A stretch of 62,141 nt of DNA, filler included. It is 12 parts of 12 records of this genome, joined end to end, with 100 filler letters (N's around TTAATTAATTAA, not from the genome) between each part and the next. Parts side by side here need not be neighbours in the genome. Positions count along the whole stretch, not along the records: positions 21,879 to 26,979 come from SRR15195285_2249; positions 27,080 to 31,958 come from SRR15195285_2251; positions 32,059 to 36,292 come from SRR15195285_2253; 9 more parts are not named here. The stretch is one strand, 5' to 3'. The position numbers and the translations under genes are program-made. Below, piece after piece: positions 22,739 through 33,748 of this stretch. The notes under the pieces are model-generated. The model did not search any database. It was not told where the DNA came from and saw only the letters and a list, made by a program, of their open reading frames with translations. Each line of letters begins with the position of its first letter. Within the stretch, counting starts at the first letter, position 1.

Positions 22739-23526
22739 GGTCAGTGAGCCGGGTGGTGGCATCAGTAGTTGAGTTTGCGCGTGAATAAGGCGGTGGACGT
22801 GGGACGGCGCACTTTCTTGCACCTTCCATGGAGAGCGCAGTGTCTGAGGCGGCTCTTGAGCATCGCCAAGTATGAAATGCATACACGTGCACTGTCACTG
22901 AGATTGCTAAGGGTCCACGCCCTGTTCGTACCCATGCCTGTGTGTCGGACCATAGGCACAAGCTCGGCGTATACTCAACGCATCAACGCACAGTGGCACA
23001 ACATATCCCACCGCGAGCGCGACCCGAAAGATGGCTTGCCCTGTACGCGAATGACTAACAGTATCGACGTAGTCTTGACAAAAACTGGCACGTCTACTTG
23101 ATGTCGACAGCGCATTAACGATAACAGCTACGGGTAAGGTGCGCTCGGAGCTTTGTCTCATTCAGACGGCCGGGCTGCTTTGCTTGGAGATGAGTGGTTG
23201 CCACATCCAGCATGTGCGACGACGAATTAACTACAATCATGTGCTCCGAGCACGCGCAACGTAATCCAGCGCCTGATACTAGCATCGCTAACTCGTTAAC
23301 TACTAGTTGCGATTGCGTGGAGAGGTGTGATTACTGAGGCTGGTCGCAATCCAGTTTCGTTTGCAACACCGACATAACGCCCCACTCTATCTTCACGTAA
23401 TTCACAAGCTGAGACAATTAAAAGGAAGACCATATTCGCGGCCACAAAGACAAGGCCGCCACTCATACACTTCGATGCCACGGCCGGCTCAGTGTGTTCT
23501 GACGCACACCGTCTCTCCTCTAGAAT

Positions 23527-26370
23527 CTACATCCGACTGTTCTGCTGGTCGTACTGGCGCCGGTAAATGCCCGACTTCTTGTAATTCTTGCCGTTTGTGT
23601 CCATGAGCCCGACTGACATGTTGACCGCTTCCTCATAGATCGCGTGAATCTCTTGGGTAGTTTCATTCGGGGCGTACTCGTTGTCGAGGTCGACGAGGTA
23701 GGATATGTACAGAGAGTTGATGATGACCAGCACACCGCCAGCGAGCAGCTGAAGCGTGAGATACGTGATGATGCAAATTACAATCGCCGGGACAAGGGGC
23801 ATGAAGGCCGACTCTAGCATGTCATCGGGCAGGACAGCCCCGAGGATGAAGTAGGACAGCACGAACATGATGAGGGCAACCGCCAAGGAAAAGAAGTTGA
23901 GCGTAATGTTTGCAAAGCGTTCGATCATGATGCCTTCCATGTAGCAGCGATAAAACATGCCCATGGTGCGCTTGCACGATGGCCAGAATTCGCCATTGGT
24001 GATGGCGACAACGATGGTGGACATCTTGGTTATGAACTGGATCCAGGCTTCGAGAGTCTCCGCGATGCACCTGAGGATGCACATGACGAAGACCATCGCG
24101 CCGCCCTCCTCTCGAGCCTTCCGCTCCGCCTCTTGAATCATCATGATAATGATTCGGACGACGGTGAGGATGAAGGCTGCCATCGAGAGGCTCCCGAAGC
24201 CACTGGTCAGGGACCACTTCAGCGCAGTGAATGCAGGGCTGGACGGCATGTCATAGCTCTCATCGTCTCGGTGGAAGTACCACATCGCGGTCGCACCAGC
24301 GATGGTGTGTACCAGAATTTCCATGAACAGCATTCCGACCCAGATAAGCATGAACATGTGAAAGTAGCGCGTGACGGACGCCCCGTAAGCAAAACCGCAG
24401 ATCTCCGTGCAGTCGAAATTGCCAGTCTCCTGGTACATCTGCGTCCAGTCGGCCGACTGGAAGTAGGAGGTAACATTGAACACCACCACAGGCAACGTAA
24501 TGAAGAGCTCCATCACCATGAGAATTCCCTTCACCGGGATGAGGCCGCCGTTGTCGAGCAGTGTTTGGCTCGCCATCCCGAGCAGCTTTGCAGTCACCTC
24601 GATCTGGGCCCGCCAGCACATGATCATGCAGACAGCGAGAGCCGCGAATATCCACAAGACAAATGCAAAAATTGCATTAAAAGGAAGCATAAACAGGCCG
24701 ACAAGGAACAGCATGATGGGGAAGAAGAGGTTCGCAGCCCACGTCATGCAGCGCGGGTTTTCGCGCAGCAGGTAGATGTACGCGACGCCAGCGAGAGCCG
24801 CGAACAGTACGCAGGTGAATAGGGCCGTCACCATCCCGCCCAGGAAGCTGCCTCCGGTGTAGCTTGAGCTTTGTTTCTCGCCCTCCTTCTTCTGCTGAAG
24901 GGTCTTGTGTTGTGTCTTCTTCGCGATGCGCACTTCTTCTTCTGCCGCGGCCGCAGCATACTCCGCGGCGTAGTCCCGCGGTCCCTGAGTCTTGCCTGAC
25001 GCTGTGTCGGCACAGCACACCAACGCACGGCGCAGTTCCGGGCAGTCGGACGCGCACTGCATCTTCTTGTTGTCGATGGCTGCGGCAGTTACGTCGGCCA
25101 CGTTTGCACCGCCCAAATACGCCGTTGCCGCAACGTGACCGCCGTCGCACTCGTCTGCCGCCCAGGCCATCGACCCAGATACGGTGCAGCCACCACCCTT
25201 CCCGTTCACAATCTCTTCGGCGGTGCACAGGCGTGCGTTTTTGCTGGCGCACTTTTGATTGGCTTCCGACCAGGTGAACATTTCAAACCTGTCAACATGA
25301 CCCAGGTCTCGCACCTCGAAGGTCATGTAGTCCGAGCCTGAGTAGTTGGCCGCGACAGCGTAGTTGTTGGCGGGCGGCGGTGGCGCGGGCTGTCTGGATC
25401 GTCTGGATCGACTCGTCTGCAGCATGCGTCGTCCAGATCCCCCGCAGTCGGCCAGGTCCGTGCCTACGGGACAGATTTCGGAGCCCCCTTGGCCCACCTG
25501 GTCACACTCGCCATCATTCTCGTACTCTGCGCTGCAGGTTCCTCCAGTGGGAGTCGGCGGATCAGGGCAGGTACCGTACGAGCTCGACGACCAGCCTTTG
25601 TTATGTGGCGGCTTGCACGTGCGTGAGTCCGCGTCATCCACCCAGGTTGCAAGATCGCCAGCACCGCAGTCCCCAGTGCTTTGGAATGAGTCCCACTCGG
25701 GAAGGATCGGAGTCTGCCTTTCGCTCGGCCCGTCGAGTGTGTACACGACGTATCCGTGGGTGGCATCGCTCTCGCCCTCGCTCCACGTTGTGCACACACC
25801 GGTAGTGTGTTTGTCATCGAGCTTGTCCCACTTCTCACCCGTCACCTTGATGGCATTGTTGATCTCGTAAAAACCGAGGCCGTACTCGACCAGAAAACAG
25901 ACGAGGAAACCAATGCCCCACACCAAGTCCGTTGCGTTGCGCTCCTGTGCGATCTGCCGGACAATCTTGGCCTCGAGCACGGCCTTTTCCGCAAACCCTG
26001 CGTTTGCAGGAGCATCCGAGTCCCCATCCACTACCTGTGCTTGCGGTGCACCTGCAAACGCAGGGTTCGTCGTGTCACTGACCGGCACCGCAGTCGCTGC
26101 CACGACGGGCGGCGGAGCAGCCACCGCGATGTTGAAACTCTGCCCGGGCCCGACGCCGGCGGGTACCTACACAAAGGGTCCCAGGCGCACAGGGGTTCAC
26201 CTCACAGGGCTGCGGTGATTGCAAGCTGCAACCCACGGGAAGGACGTGGCGAGGGAAGGCTGTTCACACACCTGCACCGTCATCATCTGGCCGTTCACAT
26301 TGACTTGGATCATGTCGCCGGTGTTGGAAGTCGGCGGACACTGCACTGTCATCTGCTGTTGAGCCATCAT
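23527..26370 (-). CDS. Choline transporter-like (CTL/SLC44) protein with an enlarged extracellular loop
   Basis: ERNATDLVW, TIAGATAMWYF, SLTSGFGSLSMAAFIL and AITNGEFWPSCK. Exon 1 (26272-26370) and intron 26167-26271 join in frame as MMTVQ-VPAGVGPGQSF. Confidence 0.9.
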
Positions 26371-26519
26371 CTTAGGCGCCCTTTGTCACGAACCCGTGCC
26401 CCCCTCTCTCACGCCCCAGAGTCTTGTCTCCTTTACGGTGTTCGGTACTCGAGCACGTACGCTCTTCGCCTCTGCTTCATGCTCGCGCACTGCTGACAAC
26501 CTGCCTGACATGCTACTCG

Positions 26520-26810
26520 CATTATAGTACTACAGCTGTATTCATATCTAGGATAGTAGTACCTCCGCATTCCGCTTCAGGCCTGCACACACCACACAGT
26601 CCGGCTTGTTATGAGGATTCAGTCGTACAGTACTGGTACCAATTTTCTGCGTACGATATGATACTTGATAGGCACTGTACTACATGTATCATAGTACGTA
26701 GTAGTAAGTTGGTACTTGAGTACCTCAGTACTATTCATTGTACTATGGTACTATTCGAATAGTACTAGTAGTAGCCGGCAGAGAACATTGGTACTCAAGT
26801 ACGATGAATA
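26520..26810. promoter_or_regulatory. Palindrome-dense AT-rich patch upstream of the CTL gene
   Basis: GTACTATTCGAATAGTAC (26748-26765, perfect 18-mer), TAGTACTA, TACAGCTGTA, TACATGTA, TACTAGTA and many GTAC. Confidence 0.55.
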
Positions 26811-27079
26811 GACCTGGAGCCCAAGCTCCACCTTAGTTAGGCAAATTCTACCTCATACAATAAATATACTAGACCTAGCACGTGCATTACAGCTGTCCAT
26901 ACTAAGGGCCGCCCGCATTTTTTTTTAAAAAAATGGTGGAATGCAGTCCCGTCGGCACTGGAGTGGAGCGGCGGTGGAGNNNNNNNNNNNNNNNNNNNNN
27001 NNNNNNNNNNNNNNNNNNNNNNNTTAATTAATTAANNNNNNNNNNNNNNNNNNNNNNNNNNNNNNNNNNNNNNNNNNNN

Positions 27080-28765
27080 GAGAGCCACAGCCAGAGCCAG
27101 AGCCAGAGCAGCCAGCAAGCAAGGGACTCAGCTCCGCGTTGTCCCGAGGCAATCTCTTCAAGGCGCTGGCAGAGAAACCTGCGGGGGAGGAAGAGGCCAC
27201 TTCAGTGACCACAGATGGCAGTGTGCAGCAAATTGCGGATGTACATGCCCGTGCCGGTAACTTTTTGGTTGTGATCCAGCAGTTCATAGAGCTTGAGTCT
27301 TCTGTCGACGAGCTCCTTGCGTTCGCACAGCAAGCAGACGTGGGCAATAGCGCAACGCCGGGCGAGACCACTAGCGCGGAGGAATCAGCGCTGAAGGAGC
27401 TGGCGGGAGCTATAAGAACAGCAGTCACTGGCCTGATGAGCTCAGTCCGAGCTTTCTGCGACGCAAACGTGTCTCGTGCAAAGTGCGAAGTGGACGCCGC
27501 GCAAAAGGGATCGGACTGCATTGCCAGCATGTGGCAGCTTCTAGAAGCATTAGGTGCAAAAGTCGCCGCGGCTGACGAGGCCGGCGCTGAGCTTGCGGCA
27601 CGCGCTGGTGTCCATTCGCCGAACGGTGCGGCACTTGTACAGAGCGCACTGGCGACGTTGGCAGAGCTTGGTCAACTATGGAAGGATTCCATAAAGGTGG
27701 AACTACCTCAGAAGCAAAAAGGTTCCTGGGTGGATGGCCTGGAAGCTCTGCTTCAGGCCGTCACGCAGGTATCCGAGAAACATGAGCAGGCCATGTTAGC
27801 GCGCGCGCAGGCAGAATTGAAGAGCGAGAGAAACGAGGTCAAGCGGCTGCGCGCGCAGTTGGACGACCTTGCGTATGCGAATCGGCTGGCAACAGCCGAC
27901 AAGGAGGCTGTTGCGGAAGAAACAATGGCGCGGGAAGCTAACGTACGGGAGTGGGCTGGCGCAGTAGTCATAGACTCAGTGTGCGCCATGGGAGGCGAGA
28001 TGATCGCTGCGCGCAAGCGGGCATGGACATCCGAGGACGCAGCTGAGGGTCATAAATGGTCAGATACGAAATTGCTTGCGGCCGTTGAGGAACTTCAGCA
28101 ACTGGTTGCGTTGCCACCGCCGCAGCCAGAAAGTGAGGAGGGGCAGAAGGAGCACTGCACGGCAGTTGGGCAGCAGAATGCAGGGGACAAGTGTATTTCC
28201 GCAGCCCCGCCGCCCGTGGATGAATGGTTGGCATCACTAACAGACACGATGAACACTCTGCTGCATGCTGGTACGAAGTTCATGCGCGAAATGGTATCAC
28301 AATACTCCCGGATGCGCGAGGACGTAGTCCGATATGAGTAAGCATGCACGACTCTCAGCGCTTGCTTGTTGGGTTTGCGTCTTCTTGGACACTCGCAGAT
28401 TATCCAATTGGATGGGCTGATCAGATTGTGCATTCTGCCTCAGAATCATGAAGCTAGATGCAAAACTGGAGTCGATGAGCTCGAGGGATGCTTTTTCGAA
28501 ATCTTCAGATCATGCTGCCAAGGCTCGGAAGGTAGCTTCTGATGAGCATACCCGTCTCCAGCGCGAGCTGCAGACCCTTCGCTCCGAGAGAGGCCTTACA
28601 AAGGGAGACGGATCATTCGACAGTGCGTGGCAGCATCGTGGCAATCCTCTTGCGAGGTCCCCGAGAACTGAAGGCGAAGCATCAGAAAGTTCTACAGCAC
28701 CGGATGGCGAGCCGAGTACACGTGGGGAAACGAAGGTCCAGTTCCGAAGCCCACGCACTCGCTGA
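27080..28765 (+). CDS. Hypothetical coiled-coil protein (5' partial)
   Basis: The frame is open from the contig edge (EPQPEPEP...). Intron 28338-28443 (GTAAGC..CAG) joins RYE-IMKLDAK. Confidence 0.7.
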
Positions 28766-28844
28766 AGGTCGGGTGAAAATCGTGACTGGGAGGACAATGA
28801 AAAGCTGTATGTCTATTGCAAGCAGCTACTTGCCGCAAAGCGCA

Positions 28845-31817
28845 TTACGGAGCCACAGCCCATCGTGATGATGGCTCGTGTGCTGGCACTGGGCTTAGTC
28901 TGCTCGTTATGTCCCAGTCCGTCGTCTCGCGCTTACGCTGAAGCATGAACTTATCAAGGGCAGCCTTCTTGATCAACGTGTCTTGCGACTCTGAGGTAGC
29001 GCAGTCATACCACCACACATCCATCACGCAAGTAGAACGAGTGTGAGTTAGTCTCGTATCGATGCCACCACAGGCAACAAATTAGACCACTAGTGCTTTA
29101 CCCACCGTTTGGAATGAACATCATCAACAGCACTTTCGCAAGGAGCAATATATGTTCCATTGCCATCACGCAGACCCATAGGCCTGCGTCCTGGTACCGT
29201 GACGAGATGTGCTCGAAGAGGTCCATGTCGTGCACTAACACTGTGGACGTGAAACCAACCATCATTGAGTTCGTGACCACCGAGACCACAGAAACTGCAT
29301 CACCACCACACATTGATATTTCACACCCAGATGTCAGCCATCGGCACCTTGCCGTACAACAAGAAATTGACGCAGACTCATTGAGCAGTGCGTGTGTGCA
29401 GTGAAGCAGGACGCACTGCACTGCAGCACAGACATCCACGCGCCGATACTCTCCGAGTCACTATAGCGCGGTCGGCGCGTCATCGTCAGCAGCACGTGGC
29501 CGTCAAACCGAAGCTCCAGAACGTTATTGAGCAGTGCAAACGCAGCGCCGAGAGGGTAGGCGACTGCGAATATTGCGACAAATCCGAATTGAATGCAGAC
29601 TACAGTTGCACAGCACACACACCACAGCATCATCCACATTGTGAGAACGCAAACACTGCTCGCCTATATAGAAAAACGATTGCAGGCAAGCGAGCAGCCA
29701 AGCAGTTGCGCGAGCTGGTCAGTTTGATCATCATAGATGATGCAGGATTGGCAGGCATCAGCGGCTCGTGTCGCACTTTCTTCGAAGTTGCTGTAAGTCG
29801 TGCCGCCCTCGTACTCTGGGCTGTCCCAGAGGTGTTGCTCCTCAAAGAGCTCACGGTGGTGCTCTGCGGCCGAGCCTTCTTCGTCTTCCACACTTTGCCC
29901 CTGCTGTAGCTGCCGCCAGCACTGCCTGATCTTCGGGCTCGCAAGCTCCCAGATCTGCTGAAGGACCGTCTTGACGACAAAGACGACGAAAATCTGCGTC
30001 CCGAGGTCATTGATGCAGTCAGGGATGGGTGCAACGCCAGCCCCGTCAGCTTCCTCGTTGACTGTGGTGCACGTATCTGGGGTGCCGAGGAACTCGCCGT
30101 CTTTGAAGAAAGCAATGTAGAACAGGACAAAGTAATGAATGACGAACTGCAGGGCAAAGCCTTTGACGATCATCGAACCAGCGTGTTCGGTGTAGGTGCG
30201 GTGTTGCTCGTGTTCTGTCAGTTCCCGCACGATCCTCTCGCAGATTGGCTGCAGCAAAATGATGCAGATGAGATTGATGAACGATCCCCCGTACGAAAGC
30301 CAGGTTGCGAGAGATGGGATCTCGGTGCAGGAATGATCGGTCTCTTCCAACGTTTGCTCAGAGTCCTCGGCAGTGCCTGCAGGCGGGTCATCGAGCGTGC
30401 CAGGGTCCACGCAGGCTTGCGATGACACGTACGCACCGAGCGCCTTGATCCAGAGTGGTATTCCAGCGACCAGGCACAGGGCCACGCACAGCGCTAGCAG
30501 TGTGCCAAAAGAAGCTGCTACCAGCTGCAGCTTCGGAGCACCGCCGCGTTCCTCTAGTTCGCGCTGCTGCTGCACGCTTGCTGGGCGCACGTCGTCGTAG
30601 ATATCGATATCTTGGCTGTGTCGCACAGCCTGAGCAGTGCCCCAATCGTGCTTGAGCTCGTTTTCGCGCCGTTTCCACATTTCCAGGAACATCGTTGACC
30701 ACAACGCGATGAAGACCGAGTACGCGATCAGCCAGTCACCCATCTCGTTAAGCGACACTGCCCCCGTGCCCCACTGAACGATGTATATAAGCAGTCCAAA
30801 CGCTGCCGGCGCGCGCAGGTAGGTCGTGAACAGTTCCAGCCACGCGAAGTACAGGCCGATAGTGGTACCGAAGTACCGGCGGATGGGATCGAGCGGCAGC
30901 GGATTTGCTGTGAAGAGATTGCCGACGGTCGTCCACTTCTCCTGCAGCCAGGCACGTTCTGACTCACAGTGCAGTGGATAGATATCGTCCAGGTACAGTT
31001 TTTGGTTGCCAGACCGTTCTCCTGGGCCTCCCGGCGGGTGCTCCGTCTCCGACATTCTGCGCGCCTCAGGACCGCCAGCCATCGAAGTGCTAAACAAGTA
31101 ATGGTACTCGGGGCCGTGTTTGTGCTCTTGCCCAAACTTGCTCATGTCGTTCTGCCAAAATACGGAGTTCATCACCGATTTGACGAGCCGCTGCCGCTCT
31201 CCCGAGTTGAAGAACCGCTCGCGCGTGAAGAACTCCGCCTCGTCCGTGTTCATATGCGTCGGGTCCTCGAACCATTTTACGTGCTCATTATCCAGCCCCT
31301 TAGTGAACGGGGCGTAGCCGAGAATCTTGCCTGTCTGCCCTTCGCAGTTGGTCGTCCAACCATCCGCGTAGTGCTGCGTCTTGCGCCCACGCTTCGACAG
31401 GCCGTAGTCTTGGCTGTCTTCGTCTTCCAGCTGGATTACGCGTTTCAGGAAGCCGACCTCCTGGGCCTCGGACATCAGCCCTTCGTCATCGTAAGCGCCG
31501 ACGCGCAGGAATACCTCCTTTCCCGATGCCGAGATCTTGAAGTCAGTCCGCAGCACACGCTCGCCGTTCGGGCCGCGCACCCTCTCGAACGCCGCCTGCA
31601 GCACTATGTACGGGTTCTCTTTATCCGGGAGCCGCGCCATGGCCTGCACATCTGCAACCGAGCCACCGAAGACGATCACCCACTCGTACAGGTCGTCTTC
31701 GTCGAGGTCCTTCGGCCCGGGCCGGCGCGGCGTCACCGACACCGGGCTACCGTACGCGCTCCGCCCCACCCCCGGCAGCTGCCGGAAGCCGCTCGGTCGA
31801 CTGTCGGCGCGAGGCAT
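28845..31817 (-). CDS. Anoctamin/TMEM16 Ca2+-activated channel or scramblase; 4 exons
   Basis: PLDPIRRYFGTTIGLYFAWL, FLEMWKR, EQHRT, LFYIAF, IQFGFVAIFAVAYPL, NNVLELRFD and IGAW. Introns 29600-29776, 29295-29416 and 28991-29105 keep the frame. Confidence 0.93.
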
Positions 31818-32352
31818 CTCCGCCGCCCGCCACCAGAGCAGCCCACCGCAGAGCACCCAGCAGCCGCCACGCAGCACCGCGACCGGAGCGCCACGCGCGG
31901 CCAGACAGCCAGCCAGACAGCCGTCAACGCACCCAGCAGCAGCAGCAGCAGCAGCAGCNNNNNNNNNNNNNNNNNNNNNNNNNNNNNNNNNNNNNNNNNN
32001 NNTTAATTAATTAANNNNNNNNNNNNNNNNNNNNNNNNNNNNNNNNNNNNNNNNNNNNGTCATGGGGGTTTCTGCCGGATCTGTCGATGGCTGGTCGGAC
32101 GGCAGGGGCCGCCAAAAAGCGTACTGCGTCGGCTCCGACGGCGCTAGAGAAGTCCAAGAACATGCCGGCGCCGGTCAAGCGCAGCAAGAATGGCTAGCCT
32201 AGTTGACACACCAAGCCGGAAAGCTCGAACTGCATGCTGTGGATACTTGAATCGATTTTAGTGTAGGTACTGCTCTAGGTGCTCACAGTCGCGCACACAC
32301 TTTCATGTTCGGGTATGAGATCATCCCTTGTATGTTGACTGTACACACTTCG

Positions 32353-33345
32353 TCACAGCCGCATTTGCATCCACGTGCTGCCGAGTGACGGCACAACGCC
32401 TCGCACAGGTGGCGTGCTCGCCATGCCGTCCATGTACTCGACCAGCTCAGCCGGTAGTGGGCCACCTGCCGCACACGCAGCATTGGCGGCAAGCTGCTCT
32501 ATCGAGCTGGCGCCTAGGATGACTGCGTCACCGTACTCGCGCCGGAGCGCCGAGTGAAACACGGCCCAGCGGATCGCTGCTGCTGCAAGGGTGATCCCGT
32601 GTCGGTCGCACACAGCCTGGAGGGCGCCGACGCTTTCGAAAAGCTCTTTGCGCCACCATCGCTCCCCCCATCGGCTCGCTGCACCACCGTCGTAGCGACC
32701 TTCGGTCGGCACTGTGTCGAACGAGTGCTTGCCTGTGAGCAGGCCACCCGCCAGAGGAGAGTAGGCGTAGTACCGGAGGCCGTGTGCCCGCAGTGCTGGC
32801 AGCAGCTCCTCTTCGGCTTGGCGCTGCAGCACATGATAGGATCCCTGGTACACCGTCGGCTGTGCAATCCCATGCGCGCGGCAGTGCGCTACGATCTCGA
32901 CAACCTGCCACGCTGCAAAATTGGACAGCCCCCACTCCCTCACCTTGCCCTCACCCACAGCCTCATCCACTACCCTGAGGGTCTCCTCCAGCGACGCGGA
33001 CGCGTCGGGAGAATGCAGGTACCAGAGATCCACCGACTTCCGGCGCAGCGCAGCGAGCGACTGTGCTAGCTTGAACCGGGTCGCGTCGTAGCCTAGCGGC
33101 GGAGCGGCCTTCGTGGCGACAAAAGGCAGCGCCTCCGGGCCCTTCTTCGCCTCGAGCCTCTCCAGCGCCGCCCCCAGCGCCAGTTCGCTCTCACCGCCGC
33201 CGTACCCACGCGCAGTGTCGAGTTCATCGAGGTTGAGCTCGGCCATCAGCTCCAGCGCCGCATCGACGTCGGCCAGACGCGTGCCGAACTGATTGCAGCC
33301 AATAACGATGCGCACGCCCAATGCTGACGACTCGATGGCCGCCAT
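32353..33345 (-). CDS. Aldo-keto reductase, AKR7 (aflatoxin aldehyde reductase)-like
   Basis: LDTARGYGGGESE, ATKA, DLWYLHSPD, WGLSNFAAWQV, PTVYQGSY, YSPLAGGLLTG and HSALRREYGDAVILGASS. Confidence 0.93.
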   Translation of the reverse strand: MAAIESSALGVRIVIGCNQFGTRLADVDAALELMAELNLDELDTARGYGGGESELALGAALERLEAKKGPEALPFVATKAAPPLGYDATRFKLAQSLAALRRKSVDLWYLHSPDASASLEETLRVVDEAVGEGKVREWGLSNFAAWQVVEIVAHCRAHGIAQPTVYQGSYHVLQRQAEEELLPALRAHGLRYYAYSPLAGGLLTGKHSFDTVPTEGRYDGGAASRWGERWWRKELFESVGALQAVCDRHGITLAAAAIRWAVFHSALRREYGDAVILGASSIEQLAANAACAAGGPLPAELVEYMDGMASTPPVRGVVPSLGSTWMQMRL

Positions 33346-33748
33346 CCTTCGTCAAGCCTCGGGGCACGACGGAGAGCAGATAGCCTCGAAGCTCGCTGCT
33401 GACCCATGCACGGCGCGCGCGCGCTCGCGCGTAGCGTATCGCGTATCACACCCGTGCGTGACGCGTACCTCAGGCTAAGGGCGCGCGCGCGCGCGCGCGC
33501 CGAGCTGCAGCTGGGTCTCATCCGCATTCTCTCATATATATGACAATGACAATTTCATATATATCCATATGGACCAGGCTTGGGGATGGAATATTGGTTG
33601 ATTCATACAATATTTCTTGATCACACAGCGCGGGCGGCGCGCGCGCGCGCAAGTTAGCACGCGCCGCCGCGCGGCCCACCGCGCGGCGGCGCCCCCCGCG
33701 GGCGCACCATCGGGGCAGAGAGGAGTTTCTTCGGCGTGTGGCGCACAT
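33346..33748. promoter_or_regulatory. Putative bidirectional promoter: AT-rich core flanked by (GC)n tracts
   Basis: Lies between divergent ATGs. (GC)10 at 33481-33500, ATATAT-rich core at ~33530-33620, and GC tracts again at 33628-33705. Confidence 0.55.

Noticed and set aside
31935-31958. (CAG)n and other contig-end microsatellites as functional elements
   Set aside because: Simple repeats that explain assembly breaks.
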